NCBI GenBank assembly: GCA_964552315.1
Contig: CAZKGI010000017.1
Coordinates: forward strand, 732 to 64,731
From: an uncultured Akkermansia sp.
Lineage (GTDB): Bacteria; Verrucomicrobiota; Verrucomicrobiia; Verrucomicrobiales; DEV007
Direction of reading: 5' to 3'
DNA length: 64,000 bases
Shown here: positions 45,624-55,386 of the stretch, in pieces
How the letters are laid out: every line of letters starts with the position of its first letter
Numbering within the stretch: the stretch's first letter is position 1
Translations under genes and position numbers: made by a program
The notes under the pieces: generated by a model
Told to the model about the DNA's origin: nothing
The model's input: the letters and a program-made list of their open reading frames with translations, nothing else
The model's database searches: none

Positions 45624-46364
45624 TCACTCCTGCACGCGGTAAAGCCCCAGCACCTGGCGGAGCGTGGCGAGACGGCCGGACCATTTTCCGGCGTAGGGAC
45701 GTGGCGGCGTCAGGGTGCGCCAGCCGCGCGTCGCGCCGATGGCGGCGAGTTTGGCGCTGGGGTGGATCATGACGGCCTGTTCCGCGAGCTCGAGCAAGGG
45801 CAGGTCGGCGGAGCTGTCCGAGTAGGACCAGGAGTCCGCCAGCGGGCCGCCCTCCTCGGGAATGATGCCCTGCGACCGCATGGCGACGAGCTTTTCGCCC
45901 TGCTTGTTGTTCGGCCCCTCGATGCGGGGGAGGACGGGCAGGGTCTCGGGCAGCTCGACGCGGGTGCCCACGACCCGGTCGAAGCCGAGCCGCTCGGCGA
46001 TGCCACGCAGGTAGAATTCCGGACTGGCGCTGTTCAGGACGAGCACTCGGCCCTCGCGGCGGTGGCGCTCCACCTCGGCGAGGACCTCGGGATAAAGGGC
46101 GGCGCGGAAGTCGCTTTCGATAAATTCGGCCACGTAGCGCTCCAGGCGGGTCCGGGGCATGCCCCAAAGGTAGCCGAGAAAGAGCCGTTTCATGGTGCGC
46201 AGGCTCAGGATCCGCAGGGCGGCAAGGGGCGCGCAGGGAAGGAACCAGAGCAGCCAAATCCGGCGCCAGCCCTCGCGTCGCAGCACGAAGTTGCAGAAGA
46301 GCGCCTGGGTGTCGTGCGGCAGCAGGGTGTGGTCGAGATCGAAGAAGGCGTAGCCCTTGGCCAT
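45624..46364 (-). CDS. HAD-superfamily subfamily IB hydrolase
   Basis: Motif I FFDLDHTL, motif II NSAS, K in NNKQGEK, motif IV YSDSSADLPLL. Confidence 0.9.
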   Translation of the reverse strand: MAKGYAFFDLDHTLLPHDTQALFCNFVLRREGWRRIWLLWFLPCAPLAALRILSLRTMKRLFLGYLWGMPRTRLERYVAEFIESDFRAALYPEVLAEVERHRREGRVLVLNSASPEFYLRGIAERLGFDRVVGTRVELPETLPVLPRIEGPNNKQGEKLVAMRSQGIIPEEGGPLADSWSYSDSSADLPLLELAEQAVMIHPSAKLAAIGATRGWRTLTPPRPYAGKWSGRLATLRQVLGLYRVQE

Positions 46365-46426
46365 GCCGCCATCCTAACGCCTCGCCCGACTTTCGCCAGT
46401 GGCCGAATGGCTGGACGAGCGTCGCC

Positions 46427-49400
46427 TTACTTGCAGAGGGCCTCGTCGAGGTTCATCAGCTGGCTGCAGACCATCGTCCAGCTGGCCAGCTGGACGGGGT
46501 CGAGCGAGGCGTCCACCGCAGCCTCGCCCACGGAGAGGAGCGCCTTGGCGTCCTCCGGAGCGGACTGGTAATGCGTCAGCAGGGTGTGGCGGGCCGAGGC
46601 CATCAGGTTCGTCTCCGCCTCGCGCAGGGGCCGGGAAAGGATCCGGCGGGACATCAGGTCGAGGGTCTTGGCCTCGTCGCCCTGACCTTGCTTCAAGGCC
46701 AGCTCGGCGAGCCGTCGGGCCGCCTCGACGAATTGGGGATCGTTGAGGGTGACGAGGGCTTGCAGGGGAGTGTTGGTGCGGTCGCGCTTGGTGCAGCTGA
46801 CCTCGCGGTTGGGGGCGTTGAAGATCTCCATGCTGGCGGGCGGGGCCATGCGCTTCCAGTAGTTGTAGACGGTGCGGCGGTAGAGATTCTCGCCCTTGTC
46901 CTGTTCGTAGCGGGCGTTGCCCATGCCGACGACTTCCCAAATGTTCTCCGGTTGATAGGGTTTGGTGCCGGGCCCGCCCCGCTTGGACGAGAGCGTGCCG
47001 CTCGCCGCCAGGGCGAGGTCGCGGATCATCTCCCCGTCCATGCGGAAGCGCGGACCGCGGCTGAGGAGGCGGTTGTCCGGGTCTCGCTGGAGTTTTTCAG
47101 GACTTGTCAGGACAGACTGGCGGTAGGTCGAGGACAGGAGGATGGTCCTGAAGAGCGCTTTGACATCCCAGCCGGACTCGATGAAGTACCGGGCGAGCCA
47201 GTCGAGCAGTTCGGGATGGCTCGGCGGGGCGCCCATGATGCCGAAGTCGTCCGGCGTGGCGACCAGTCCAGTGCCGAAGAGCTCCTGCCAGAAGCGGTTG
47301 ACCGTGACCCGGGCTGTCAGGGGATTGGCCGGGTCGATGAGCCATTGGGCGAGACCGAGTCGATTCGCCGGGGCGCCCTCCGGCAGGGGGTGTAGCACCG
47401 CTGGCGGGGCCGCGGCGACGAGCTCGCCGGGTTGGTCGTAGGCGCCCCGCATGAGCACATGCGCCATGGCGGGGCTGTCGCGCTTCTCCTCCTGGATGTG
47501 GGTCACGGGGCTGCGGGCTCGAATGGCGGCGCGTTCGCCTTCGAGCTTGGCCACGGCCTGGTCGAACTGTTTCCATTCCTCGTCCCGAGTGGCGAGATAG
47601 TAGGCGAGCAGGCGCTCGGTTTGGTCGGGATTCCGCCCTGCCCCCGCCGCCAGGGCGCTGCGCAGGGAAGCCTGCTGCTGGAGTCGCCCGACCTGGTCCT
47701 CCGCCAGGGCGCGGGAGAAAATCCGCAGGTCCTGGACCTGGCCGTCCTCGTTGACCAGGCTGCTGCTGCGCTGTCCCAGGCGCAGCGGCGTGGGGCTGCG
47801 GGTGTCGGCGCCGTCGGGAAGGCTGTCGTTCAGCACGCGGAGAGGCACCGGCTGGGCGTTGACATAGAGGCGCACCCCGGCGGCCTTGCCGCTGCCGTCG
47901 TAACTGAGGACCACGTGATGCCACCGGCCCGCGTTCAGGGCGGGGCGCTGGCTGGTGACTTTGATGGCTTTGTCAGGCCAGCTTTCGATGAGGTGGAAGT
48001 TGAGGCTGCGGCCTTGCTGGAGGAGGTCCCAGCCGCGGTGTTGGGCCGCGTCGTCCATCCGGGCGACCAGCGCCCCGACCTGTTCATCGCTGGAGGGGCG
48101 GAACCAGAGCGCCAGGGTGAAGGCCTCCTTGGCGGCAAAGTTCCCGAGCTCGCCAAAGTCCGGCGTGGCTCCCTGCTTCAAGACCGGGGCGGGTCCCCAG
48201 GGGCCGCCCTCGGACCAGGCGAGGGCCTCGGGAAGGGGACGGTTTTCCTGGGTGGCGACCCGGGAACGGAACTCCCCACCCTGGCCTTCATTCAGGGGGA
48301 AGTGGGCCAGCAGGCCTGAACGGTCCGCTTCCGCTTCCAGGTTTTCGGGAGTCACGGAGGCGAGCCAGGACTGAAACCCGGGCTTGGCGGCCTCGCGGCG
48401 ATCGGCGCGCCGCTTCTCCGCGGCGGCGATTTCCCCGGGCAGGGCTTCCCAGCGGGGGCGGTCGGCGGCCTCGGGCAAGACCAGGACCGGGCCGCTGTCC
48501 TTGACGTTGCCATCCTTGGGCCCCTGGGTGGTGTTGCGGAAGTAGGCGGCCATGGCGTAGTGGTCCACCATGGTGATGGGATCGAACTTGTGGTCGTGGC
48601 ATTGGGCGCAGTTCAGGGTGAGCCCGAGGTAGACCCAGCCGATAGTCTGGACGCGGTCGGCGGCGTAGAGGGCGAGGTTTTCCTCGTCGATGGTCCCGCC
48701 CTCGTTGGTGGTCATGTTGCAGCGCTGGAAGCCCGTGGCGATCAGCTGGCTTTCGCTGGGATGGGGCAGGAGATCCCCGGCGATCTGTTCCAGGGTGAAC
48801 TGGTCGAAGGGCTGGTTGCGATTGAAGGCCTCGATGACCCAGTCGCGATAGGGCCACATCTCGCGGTAATTGTCGAAGTGCAGGCCGTGGGTGTCGGCGT
48901 AGCGCGCCGCGTCGAGCCAATAGCGCCCGCGGTGTTCGCCCCAATGCGGCGAGGCGAGCATGCGATCGATGAGCTTCTCATAGGCCTGAGGATCGGTGTC
49001 GGCGACGAAGCCCTCGACCTCCTCCGGGCTGGGGGGCAATCCGGTCAGGTCGAGGGAGACGCGGCGGGCCAGGGCCCGACGGTCGGCCTCGGGCGCGGGC
49101 GTGAGCCCGGCCTGGTCGAGGGCGGCGAGCACAAAGCGGTCGATGGGCGTCCGCACCCAGGCCGGATCGGAGACCTCGGGTTCGGCCACCGGCTCGGGGG
49201 CCACAAAGCTCCAATGGGGCTGCCAGGGGGCGCCCTCGTCAATCCAGCGGCGCAGCAGCTCGATCTCTTCCGGCTTGAGTTCCTTGTGAGAGTCCAGGGG
49301 CGGCATGCGATCCTCGGGATCCTCGGTGATGAGTCGCGTATAGAGCGGGCTCTCCATGGGCTTGCCCGGCACCACGGCGGCGTCGCTGCCGTTTTGGCCA

Positions 49401-49585
49401 AAGAGTCCCTGCTCGGTGTCGAGGCGCAGCCCGGCCTTGCGGGTCACCGAGTCGGGGCCGTGGCAGTGGAAGCAGGCCTCGGCCAGGACGGGCTTGACGT
49501 CGCGATTGAAGCTCAGCGGGGCCCCGAACGCGCCGAGGGGAAGCGCCGGGAGAAGCAGGGACAAAAGGGAGAGCTTCCGGTTCAT
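46427..49585 (-). CDS. Planctomycete cytochrome c + DUF1549 + LamG + DUF1553 protein
   Basis: Signal peptide, CFHCH, W.RTPIDRFVLA, HWGEH..RYWLDAARYADT, CAQCHDHKFDP, LamG-like insert, NPLTARVTVNRFW and NTPLQALVTLN. Confidence 0.9.
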   Translation of the reverse strand: MNRKLSLLSLLLPALPLGAFGAPLSFNRDVKPVLAEACFHCHGPDSVTRKAGLRLDTEQGLFGQNGSDAAVVPGKPMESPLYTRLITEDPEDRMPPLDSHKELKPEEIELLRRWIDEGAPWQPHWSFVAPEPVAEPEVSDPAWVRTPIDRFVLAALDQAGLTPAPEADRRALARRVSLDLTGLPPSPEEVEGFVADTDPQAYEKLIDRMLASPHWGEHRGRYWLDAARYADTHGLHFDNYREMWPYRDWVIEAFNRNQPFDQFTLEQIAGDLLPHPSESQLIATGFQRCNMTTNEGGTIDEENLALYAADRVQTIGWVYLGLTLNCAQCHDHKFDPITMVDHYAMAAYFRNTTQGPKDGNVKDSGPVLVLPEAADRPRWEALPGEIAAAEKRRADRREAAKPGFQSWLASVTPENLEAEADRSGLLAHFPLNEGQGGEFRSRVATQENRPLPEALAWSEGGPWGPAPVLKQGATPDFGELGNFAAKEAFTLALWFRPSSDEQVGALVARMDDAAQHRGWDLLQQGRSLNFHLIESWPDKAIKVTSQRPALNAGRWHHVVLSYDGSGKAAGVRLYVNAQPVPLRVLNDSLPDGADTRSPTPLRLGQRSSSLVNEDGQVQDLRIFSRALAEDQVGRLQQQASLRSALAAGAGRNPDQTERLLAYYLATRDEEWKQFDQAVAKLEGERAAIRARSPVTHIQEEKRDSPAMAHVLMRGAYDQPGELVAAAPPAVLHPLPEGAPANRLGLAQWLIDPANPLTARVTVNRFWQELFGTGLVATPDDFGIMGAPPSHPELLDWLARYFIESGWDVKALFRTILLSSTYRQSVLTSPEKLQRDPDNRLLSRGPRFRMDGEMIRDLALAASGTLSSKRGGPGTKPYQPENIWEVVGMGNARYEQDKGENLYRRTVYNYWKRMAPPASMEIFNAPNREVSCTKRDRTNTPLQALVTLNDPQFVEAARRLAELALKQGQGDEAKTLDLMSRRILSRPLREAETNLMASARHTLLTHYQSAPEDAKALLSVGEAAVDASLDPVQLASWTMVCSQLMNLDEALCK

Positions 49586-49711
49586 GGGGGTTCGGGGGAC
49601 GACTCACAGGGGGATGTCCAGAGCCAGTCCCGAGATTACGAGGAAACGGCGGCCCCCGCAGCACGTGATCAGGGGAGGGGGAGAGCAGGGGCCGGGCCTG
49701 GGGCTCTTCCC

Positions 49712-51436
49712 TCAGTGCCGTCGGCGCCAGCCAGCCCGCAGGGCGGCGATCAGGGCCAGCAGCCCCAGGGTAATGGGAACACTGTCGCCGATTCTCGCGT
49801 AGATGGTAGTGGGGGGATCGAGGGGCACGGCGAGGAGGGCGGGGAGCGTGCCGCGGATATAGGTCGATCCATTGACGGGATCCCTCAGGATGCGGGGACC
49901 GGCGTCCCGTCCGCTGCGGTCGTAGAGGCTGCCCCGTTCATCGATGAAGCCGCTCACGCCCGTGTTGGCGGCGCGGATCATGGGGCGCCGGTACTCGATG
50001 CAGCGGAAGAGGGCATTGTCGAAGTGCTGCTGGGCTTGGGCGCTCTCGCGGAACCAGCCGTCGTTGGTGACGTTGACGAGAACCTGCGGGCCCGGCCGGA
50101 GAAAGCGCCGGGTCAGGCGGGGGACGGTGTCCTCGAAGCAGATCAGGGGGACGATGCCGATGGCCTGTTCCCCCTTCTCGATCCGGAGGGGCTCGTAGGA
50201 GGTCCCGGCGGTGAAGTCCTGGGCGATGATGCCGCCGGCGATCCACTCGAAAAGGGGAAAGCGCCCCCGCAGGGGAATGTATTCCCCGAAGGGGACGAGA
50301 TGCGTCTTGATGTGCATCTGATAGGAACTGGTGTCCCCCCTCATGATCATGAGGGTGTTGTAGATCTCGCTGTGCTCCAGATTGACGTCCTCGAGGCCGG
50401 AGAGGAAATAGAAGTCCCCGTTCCGGAGGATCTGCTCGTTCAGGTATTCCTGCACCCAGCGGGCCGAGAACACCCCGGGGACGGCGGTTTCGGGCCAGAG
50501 GACGAGGTCGTGGGGGGCGGTCTCGACGAAGGTCCGGGTGAGGTCGCGATAGCCTTCGACCACCTTGCGGCGCACCGCGAGGTCGTCGGACCATTTTTCC
50601 TCGAGGGCGACATTGAACTGGAAGACGCGGGCCCGCAGATCGACGGATTCGCCGGGGGGGCGCAGGAAGGCGGAAAGGCCGTAGAGGAAGAGCCCTGCCA
50701 CCAGGGCGGCCGCGGCGGTGAACTCGAAATGAGGTCGGGGCTTCAATTTCAGGCGCCGATCCCGGATTAGCCTAACAAGAGCACAGAAAAAGGCGTTGGC
50801 CACGGCCATGAGCAGGAAGCCGTAGCCGGTGATGCCGATGACGTCGGCGAACTGCACGAGGACGAGCTGGTCTTTCAAGGCCACGCCGAGTCCGTTCCAG
50901 CCGAAGCCGGTGAAGGCCAGGCCGCGCAGCCATTCCAAGCCGCACCAGGCCGCACCGTTGAGAATGGCAACGCGGAGCGCGGCCAGCGAGGGGGCGAGGT
51001 AGGCCTTTCTTCCCTCCACCACATCCGTCGCCGCAGGGGACCATCGGCCTACCGTGGCGGCAAAGGCGCCGAAGAGGGCGAAGTAAAGGGCCAGGTAGCC
51101 AGCCAGGGCGACGAGGGCCCCGAGGCCGGCCAGGCGGGTTCCGGCGACGGAGGAGATCTCCGTGATCCAGGAGACGTTGATCAGGAAAAAGCTCAGGCCG
51201 CAGAGGTAACCGAGGCGGAAGCCCAGTCGCCAGCGCGGCCGACCCGGGTGGCGCGGCGAGGAAAACCAGAGCGCGCCGAGCAGGGGAAAGGACCAGACCC
51301 AGACCAGCCAACCCAGGTTCCAGGGCGCGTAGCAGAGGGCGAGGAGCGAGCCGCTGAGGAGCGCCGCCGCTTCCGGCCAGAACCGGAGGCTTGTCAGGAG
51401 AAAGGCGACCGCGGGTTGGGGAGTTCGCTGGGACAC
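49712..51436 (-). CDS. lnt: Apolipoprotein N-acyltransferase
   Basis: Multi-TM N-terminal region; catalytic triad in LWPE, KTHLVPFGEYIP and LICFED; NVTNDGWF and RAANTGVS. Confidence 0.93.
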   Translation of the reverse strand: MSQRTPQPAVAFLLTSLRFWPEAAALLSGSLLALCYAPWNLGWLVWVWSFPLLGALWFSSPRHPGRPRWRLGFRLGYLCGLSFFLINVSWITEISSVAGTRLAGLGALVALAGYLALYFALFGAFAATVGRWSPAATDVVEGRKAYLAPSLAALRVAILNGAAWCGLEWLRGLAFTGFGWNGLGVALKDQLVLVQFADVIGITGYGFLLMAVANAFFCALVRLIRDRRLKLKPRPHFEFTAAAALVAGLFLYGLSAFLRPPGESVDLRARVFQFNVALEEKWSDDLAVRRKVVEGYRDLTRTFVETAPHDLVLWPETAVPGVFSARWVQEYLNEQILRNGDFYFLSGLEDVNLEHSEIYNTLMIMRGDTSSYQMHIKTHLVPFGEYIPLRGRFPLFEWIAGGIIAQDFTAGTSYEPLRIEKGEQAIGIVPLICFEDTVPRLTRRFLRPGPQVLVNVTNDGWFRESAQAQQHFDNALFRCIEYRRPMIRAANTGVSGFIDERGSLYDRSGRDAGPRILRDPVNGSTYIRGTLPALLAVPLDPPTTIYARIGDSVPITLGLLALIAALRAGWRRRH

Positions 51437-51519
51437 GGAAGGAGAATGGACACGGCAACCCCGCCCCGGTCAAACGGGCACTGCCCTCGCAAGAGGTCCC
51501 GCTGGTCGCGGGGAGCGGC

Positions 51520-52008
51520 TCAGTCGGGATCCGGCAGGGCCACCGAGGCCGTGGCCAAGGCGGCGATGCCCTCGCGCCGCCCCACGAAGCCCATGGCCTC
51601 GTTGGTGGTGGCCTTGATGCCCACGGCCGAGGGGGCGATGCCCAGGGCCTCGGCGATCTTTTCCTTCATCGCGGGGACGTGGGCCATCACCCGGGGTTCC
51701 TCGGCGATGAGGGAGCTGTCGACATTTTCGAGGCGCCCGCCCGCGGCGGCAACCCGCTCGGCGGCCTTGGCGAGGATGTGCAGGCTGCAGAGGCCCTCGA
51801 TGGAGGCGTCCGAGGGGGGAAACCAATAGCCGATGTCCGGTTCGCCGATCGCTCCCAGTACCGCGTCGGCGATGGCGTGGGAGAGAACGTCGGCGTCGGA
51901 ATGTCCGGCGAGGCCGCGGCTGTGGGGGATGGTGACGCCGCCGAGGACGAGAGGCCGCCCCTCGGCGAAGGCGTGGACGTCGTAACCGATGCCGCTGCGA
52001 TACCTCAT
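51520..52008 (-). CDS. ispF: 2-C-methyl-D-erythritol 2,4-cyclodiphosphate synthase
   Basis: GIGYDVH, HSDADVLSHAIADA and KATTNE; ATG at 52008. Confidence 0.96.
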   Translation of the reverse strand: MRYRSGIGYDVHAFAEGRPLVLGGVTIPHSRGLAGHSDADVLSHAIADAVLGAIGEPDIGYWFPPSDASIEGLCSLHILAKAAERVAAAGGRLENVDSSLIAEEPRVMAHVPAMKEKIAEALGIAPSAVGIKATTNEAMGFVGRREGIAALATASVALPDPD

Positions 52009-52766
52009 GCCGTGGTGACCAGTCCTCCCAGGTCGAGGGTTCCGTTGGTGGCGACAATCCCCGCCTTTTCGCCCGAGGCGTCGACGGGGGTGAGTACGAC
52101 CGAACCTCCCCCGCGCTCCAGCATGAGCTGTCCTGCGGCGATGTCCCAAAGGCTGATGGATTCCTCGATGTAGGCGTCGAGGCGCCCGCAGGCGATGTAG
52201 GCCAGGGCCAGGGCGGCACTGCCCATCATGCGCGTCTTGCGGACGCGGTGGGCGATGGCCTGATAGCGGGCCAGGCCCGCCTCGATCGACTCCGAGGATT
52301 TCGAGAAGCCCACGGTGACGACGGCTTCACTCAAGTCGCCGCGCTGGCTCGGGTGGATCGGCTTGCCGTTGCGCGTGGCGGGTCCCTCGAAGTCCACGGC
52401 GAAGAGCTCGTCCATCATGGGGTCGTAGACCACCCCGATCTTCAGCTGCCCCTCCCGCCGCATGGCGATGGAAATGCAGAAATGCGGAATGCCATAGAAG
52501 AAGTTCACCGTCCCGTCGATGGGATCGACAATCCACTGCGTGGTGCTGTCCTGGTTGCCGGCGAGGCCCTCCTCCCCGTAGATGGCGTGATCGGGGAAGC
52601 GCTCCAGGAGAATGCCCTCGATGAGCTTCTGGCTCTCGACGTCGAGGGCCAGCTTGATGTCGTGCCGATGCAGGGCGTCGACGTCGAGCTCCGTCTCGAA
52701 GTTCGCGCGCAGCAGCGCCCCGGCCTCGCGCGCGGCGCGGCAGGCTTGTTCCAGTTCGGGGGACAT
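52005..52766 (-). CDS. suhB: Inositol monophosphatase family protein
   Basis: GEE, WIVDPIDGT.NF, GSAALALAYIA.GRLDAY and WDIAAG. Confidence 0.9.
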   Translation of the reverse strand: MSPELEQACRAAREAGALLRANFETELDVDALHRHDIKLALDVESQKLIEGILLERFPDHAIYGEEGLAGNQDSTTQWIVDPIDGTVNFFYGIPHFCISIAMRREGQLKIGVVYDPMMDELFAVDFEGPATRNGKPIHPSQRGDLSEAVVTVGFSKSSESIEAGLARYQAIAHRVRKTRMMGSAALALAYIACGRLDAYIEESISLWDIAAGQLMLERGGGSVVLTPVDASGEKAGIVATNGTLDLGGLVTTA

Positions 52767-52788
52767 GGCTCGACCTCTCGCTCGAATC

Positions 52789-53955
52789 TCAGTGCGCGTG
52801 GCAGAACTCCTCGAAGCGGTCGAGGCCCTTCTTGATCACGTCCAGGCTGGTGGCGTAGCTGAGGCGCACCGACTTGTCGTGTCCGAAGGCGAGCCCCGGA
52901 ACGGCCGCGACCTGGTAGCGGGAGAGGAGCTTCTCGCTGAGGTTCATCGAATTGAGGCCGATCTTGGTCGTGTCCACGAGGAAGTAGAAGGCGCCGTCCG
53001 GCTCCACGACGTCGATGTTGCGGATCTTTTGGAGGCGGCTCAGCATGTACTGGCGACGCATGTCGTACTCCTCGACCATGTCGTTGACGAAGCTCTGATC
53101 CCCCTGCAGGGCGGCGAGGGCGCCGTACTGGGCAAAGGTCGTGGGATTGGAGGTCGTGTGGCTTTGGATCGTGTCGATGGCCTCGGCGATCTCCGGCGGA
53201 GCCGCGGTGTAGCCAAGGCGCCAGCCGGTCATGGAGTAGACCTTGCTGAAGCCGTTGATCGTGATGGTGAGCCGCTTGGCCTCCTCGCTGATGGAGGCGG
53301 TGGACACGTGCTTCTTGCCGTTGTAGATGAGCTTTTCGTAGATCTCGTCCGAGAGGATGATGATGTCCTCCGAGGCGGCGACCTCGACGAGGGCGGCCAG
53401 TTCTTCCTCGGAATAGACGGAGCCCGTCGGGTTGTTCGGGCTGTTGAGGATGAGCATGCGGGTGCGCCCGCTGATGGCGTCCTCGAATTCCTCCGCGGTG
53501 AACTTCCACTTGTTCTCGCGCTTCGTCTCCACGACGTAGGGCTCGGCTCCGGCGAGGCGAACCATGTCAGGGTAGCTGGTCCAGTAGGGAGCCGGAATGA
53601 TGACCTCGTCACCTGGATTGCAGCAGGCCAGAATGGCGTTGTAGCAGGAATGCTTCGCCCCGCAGTTCACCGAGATTTGCTCGGGGCTGTATTCGATCTG
53701 GTTTTCGACGAGGAGCTTCTCGGCGATGGCCTTTTTCAGCTCGGGAATGCCCGTGGCCGCCGTGTACTTGGTGCGGCCGGCCTGGAGGGCCTCGATGGCG
53801 GCATCCTTGATGTGTTGGGGCGTGTCGAAATCCGGCTCACCGGCGCCGAAGCTTGCGATGTCCTGTCCCTGAGCCTGCATTTTCTTCGCCGTGGCAGTGA
53901 TGGCGAGGGTCAGGGAGGGGGCGATCTGAGAGAATTTATCGGCGATCAAACTCAT
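52789..53955 (-). CDS. Class I/II PLP-dependent (aspartate-type) aminotransferase
   Basis: GAGEPDF, YWTSY, NSPNNPTG, SDEIYE and GFSKVYSMTGWRLGY; ATG at 53955. Confidence 0.95.
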   Translation of the reverse strand: MSLIADKFSQIAPSLTLAITATAKKMQAQGQDIASFGAGEPDFDTPQHIKDAAIEALQAGRTKYTAATGIPELKKAIAEKLLVENQIEYSPEQISVNCGAKHSCYNAILACCNPGDEVIIPAPYWTSYPDMVRLAGAEPYVVETKRENKWKFTAEEFEDAISGRTRMLILNSPNNPTGSVYSEEELAALVEVAASEDIIILSDEIYEKLIYNGKKHVSTASISEEAKRLTITINGFSKVYSMTGWRLGYTAAPPEIAEAIDTIQSHTTSNPTTFAQYGALAALQGDQSFVNDMVEEYDMRRQYMLSRLQKIRNIDVVEPDGAFYFLVDTTKIGLNSMNLSEKLLSRYQVAAVPGLAFGHDKSVRLSYATSLDVIKKGLDRFEEFCHAH

Positions 53956-53987
53956 GTCTGGTGGATGGGATTGGGGATTCCGCCCCA

Positions 53988-54179
53988 CCCCTGCGCAACC
54001 GCCCTGGACCGGTCGATTCCACCGGATCACACGGAGCGGGCCGCTGAGGACCGGGCTTCACTAAATGCTATCGCCCGCATCGACGGGGATTTGGTGATGG
54101 CTCGACCGCAACTCCGTGAACAATGCGGATGGTTCCACTAACCGATTTAAAGCGGGATTCAAGCGAAATGCGTGAGGGG
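53988..54179 (+). ncRNA. ssrS: Probable 6S RNA
   Basis: 192-nt rod: ends CCCCUGCGCA / UGCGUGAGGGG pair; CGCCCUGGACC / GGAUUCAAGCG; central bubble; CACGGAG / CUCCGUG; UCACUAAAU / AUUUGGUGA; terminal CCCG / CGGG hairpin. G.U pairs favour the + strand. Confidence 0.65.
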
Positions 54180-54269
54180 ACGGATTTTGTGAGGCTTGCG
54201 GGGCCAGGCTGGGGCGCGACGCGATCCCCCGCTTGCGGAGCGGCGAGGGCGGGGCTATCTCTCCGGCCG

Positions 54270-55373
54270 ATGCCAGCTGCCCCGCAATGCTACGCCTTCC
54301 TCGGCACCGACGAGGCGCTGGTGAAGGAGGCTGCCCTGAAACGAGCCGAGGCGCTGGCGCCGAAGGACAACGAGTTCGGGCTCGACATCGTCAGCGGTGC
54401 GGCGGACAACGCCGACCAGGCCATCGCCGTGGTGGGCCGGGCCATCGAGGCCATCCAGACCTTGCCCTTTTTTGGCGGGGACAAGGTGGTCTGGCTGCAA
54501 GGGGTGAACTTCCTCGGGGAATCCCAGACTGCCAAGGCGGAGTCCACCCTGGCCGCCCTCGACACTCTCCTGGAGATCCTCGAAGCGGGGCTCCCCCCGG
54601 ACGTCACTTTCCTCCTCAGTGCGGGCGAGATCGACAAGCGCCGCAGCTTTTACAAGCGCCTCAGCAAGGTGGCCAAGGTCGAGGTTCACGACAAGCTCGA
54701 CACCACCAAGGCCGGTTGGGAGACCGCGGTGATGCAGCACGCCGCCGAGCGCGCCTCGATCCGCGGACTGAAGTTTCGAGGCGAGGCACTGGAGCGTTTT
54801 GTCCAGAGGGTGGGGGCCGATACGCGTTCCCTCGACAGCGAGCTGGAGAAGCTTTCGCTCTATGTGGGGGATCGTCCCGCCACCGAGGACGACGTCGCCG
54901 CCATCACCTCACAAAGCCACACGGGATACATCTTTGACATCGGCGAGGCCATCAGCCGGCGCGATCTGCCCCGCACCCTCCAGCTGATCGATTTCCAGCT
55001 CCGCCGGGGGGAGAATGCCATTGGCCTGCTCCTCGCCGCCATCGTGCCCAAGGTGCGGAACCTCTTCTGGGCCAAGGACCTGGTGGAAACGCACGGCGTC
55101 AGCCCCGGTCGGCATTATGCAGAATTCCAGAGACAGCTGGGGCGGCTCCCGGCCACGGCGACCGCCCACCTCCCCCGCAGCAAGGAGGGGGCCGTGAACG
55201 CCTACCCCCTCTATTTCGCCGCCCAGACCTGCAGCCGCTTCAGCCTCGACGAGCTGCGCTCGGCCTTGTCCGCCTGCCTCGAAGCCAATCTTCGCCTCGT
55301 CACCACTTCGCTCGAGCCCCGTCTCGTCCTCCATCAACTGGCGGCCCGCATCCTCGCACGGGAGGGCGCCTGA
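54270..55373 (+). CDS. holA: DNA polymerase III delta subunit
   Basis: YAFLGTDE, TLPFFGGDKVVW, LDSELEKLSLY and IFDIGEAI; ATG at 54270. Confidence 0.9.
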   Translation: MPAAPQCYAFLGTDEALVKEAALKRAEALAPKDNEFGLDIVSGAADNADQAIAVVGRAIEAIQTLPFFGGDKVVWLQGVNFLGESQTAKAESTLAALDTLLEILEAGLPPDVTFLLSAGEIDKRRSFYKRLSKVAKVEVHDKLDTTKAGWETAVMQHAAERASIRGLKFRGEALERFVQRVGADTRSLDSELEKLSLYVGDRPATEDDVAAITSQSHTGYIFDIGEAISRRDLPRTLQLIDFQLRRGENAIGLLLAAIVPKVRNLFWAKDLVETHGVSPGRHYAEFQRQLGRLPATATAHLPRSKEGAVNAYPLYFAAQTCSRFSLDELRSALSACLEANLRLVTTSLEPRLVLHQLAARILAREGA

Positions 55374-55386
55374 CACCCCTCCCCCT

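Noticed and set aside
45547-46257. Apparent N-terminal extension of the LplT-like MFS protein
   Set aside because: It overlaps the HAD gene in another frame and is low-information; the MFS begins at MADPLDPP (45546).
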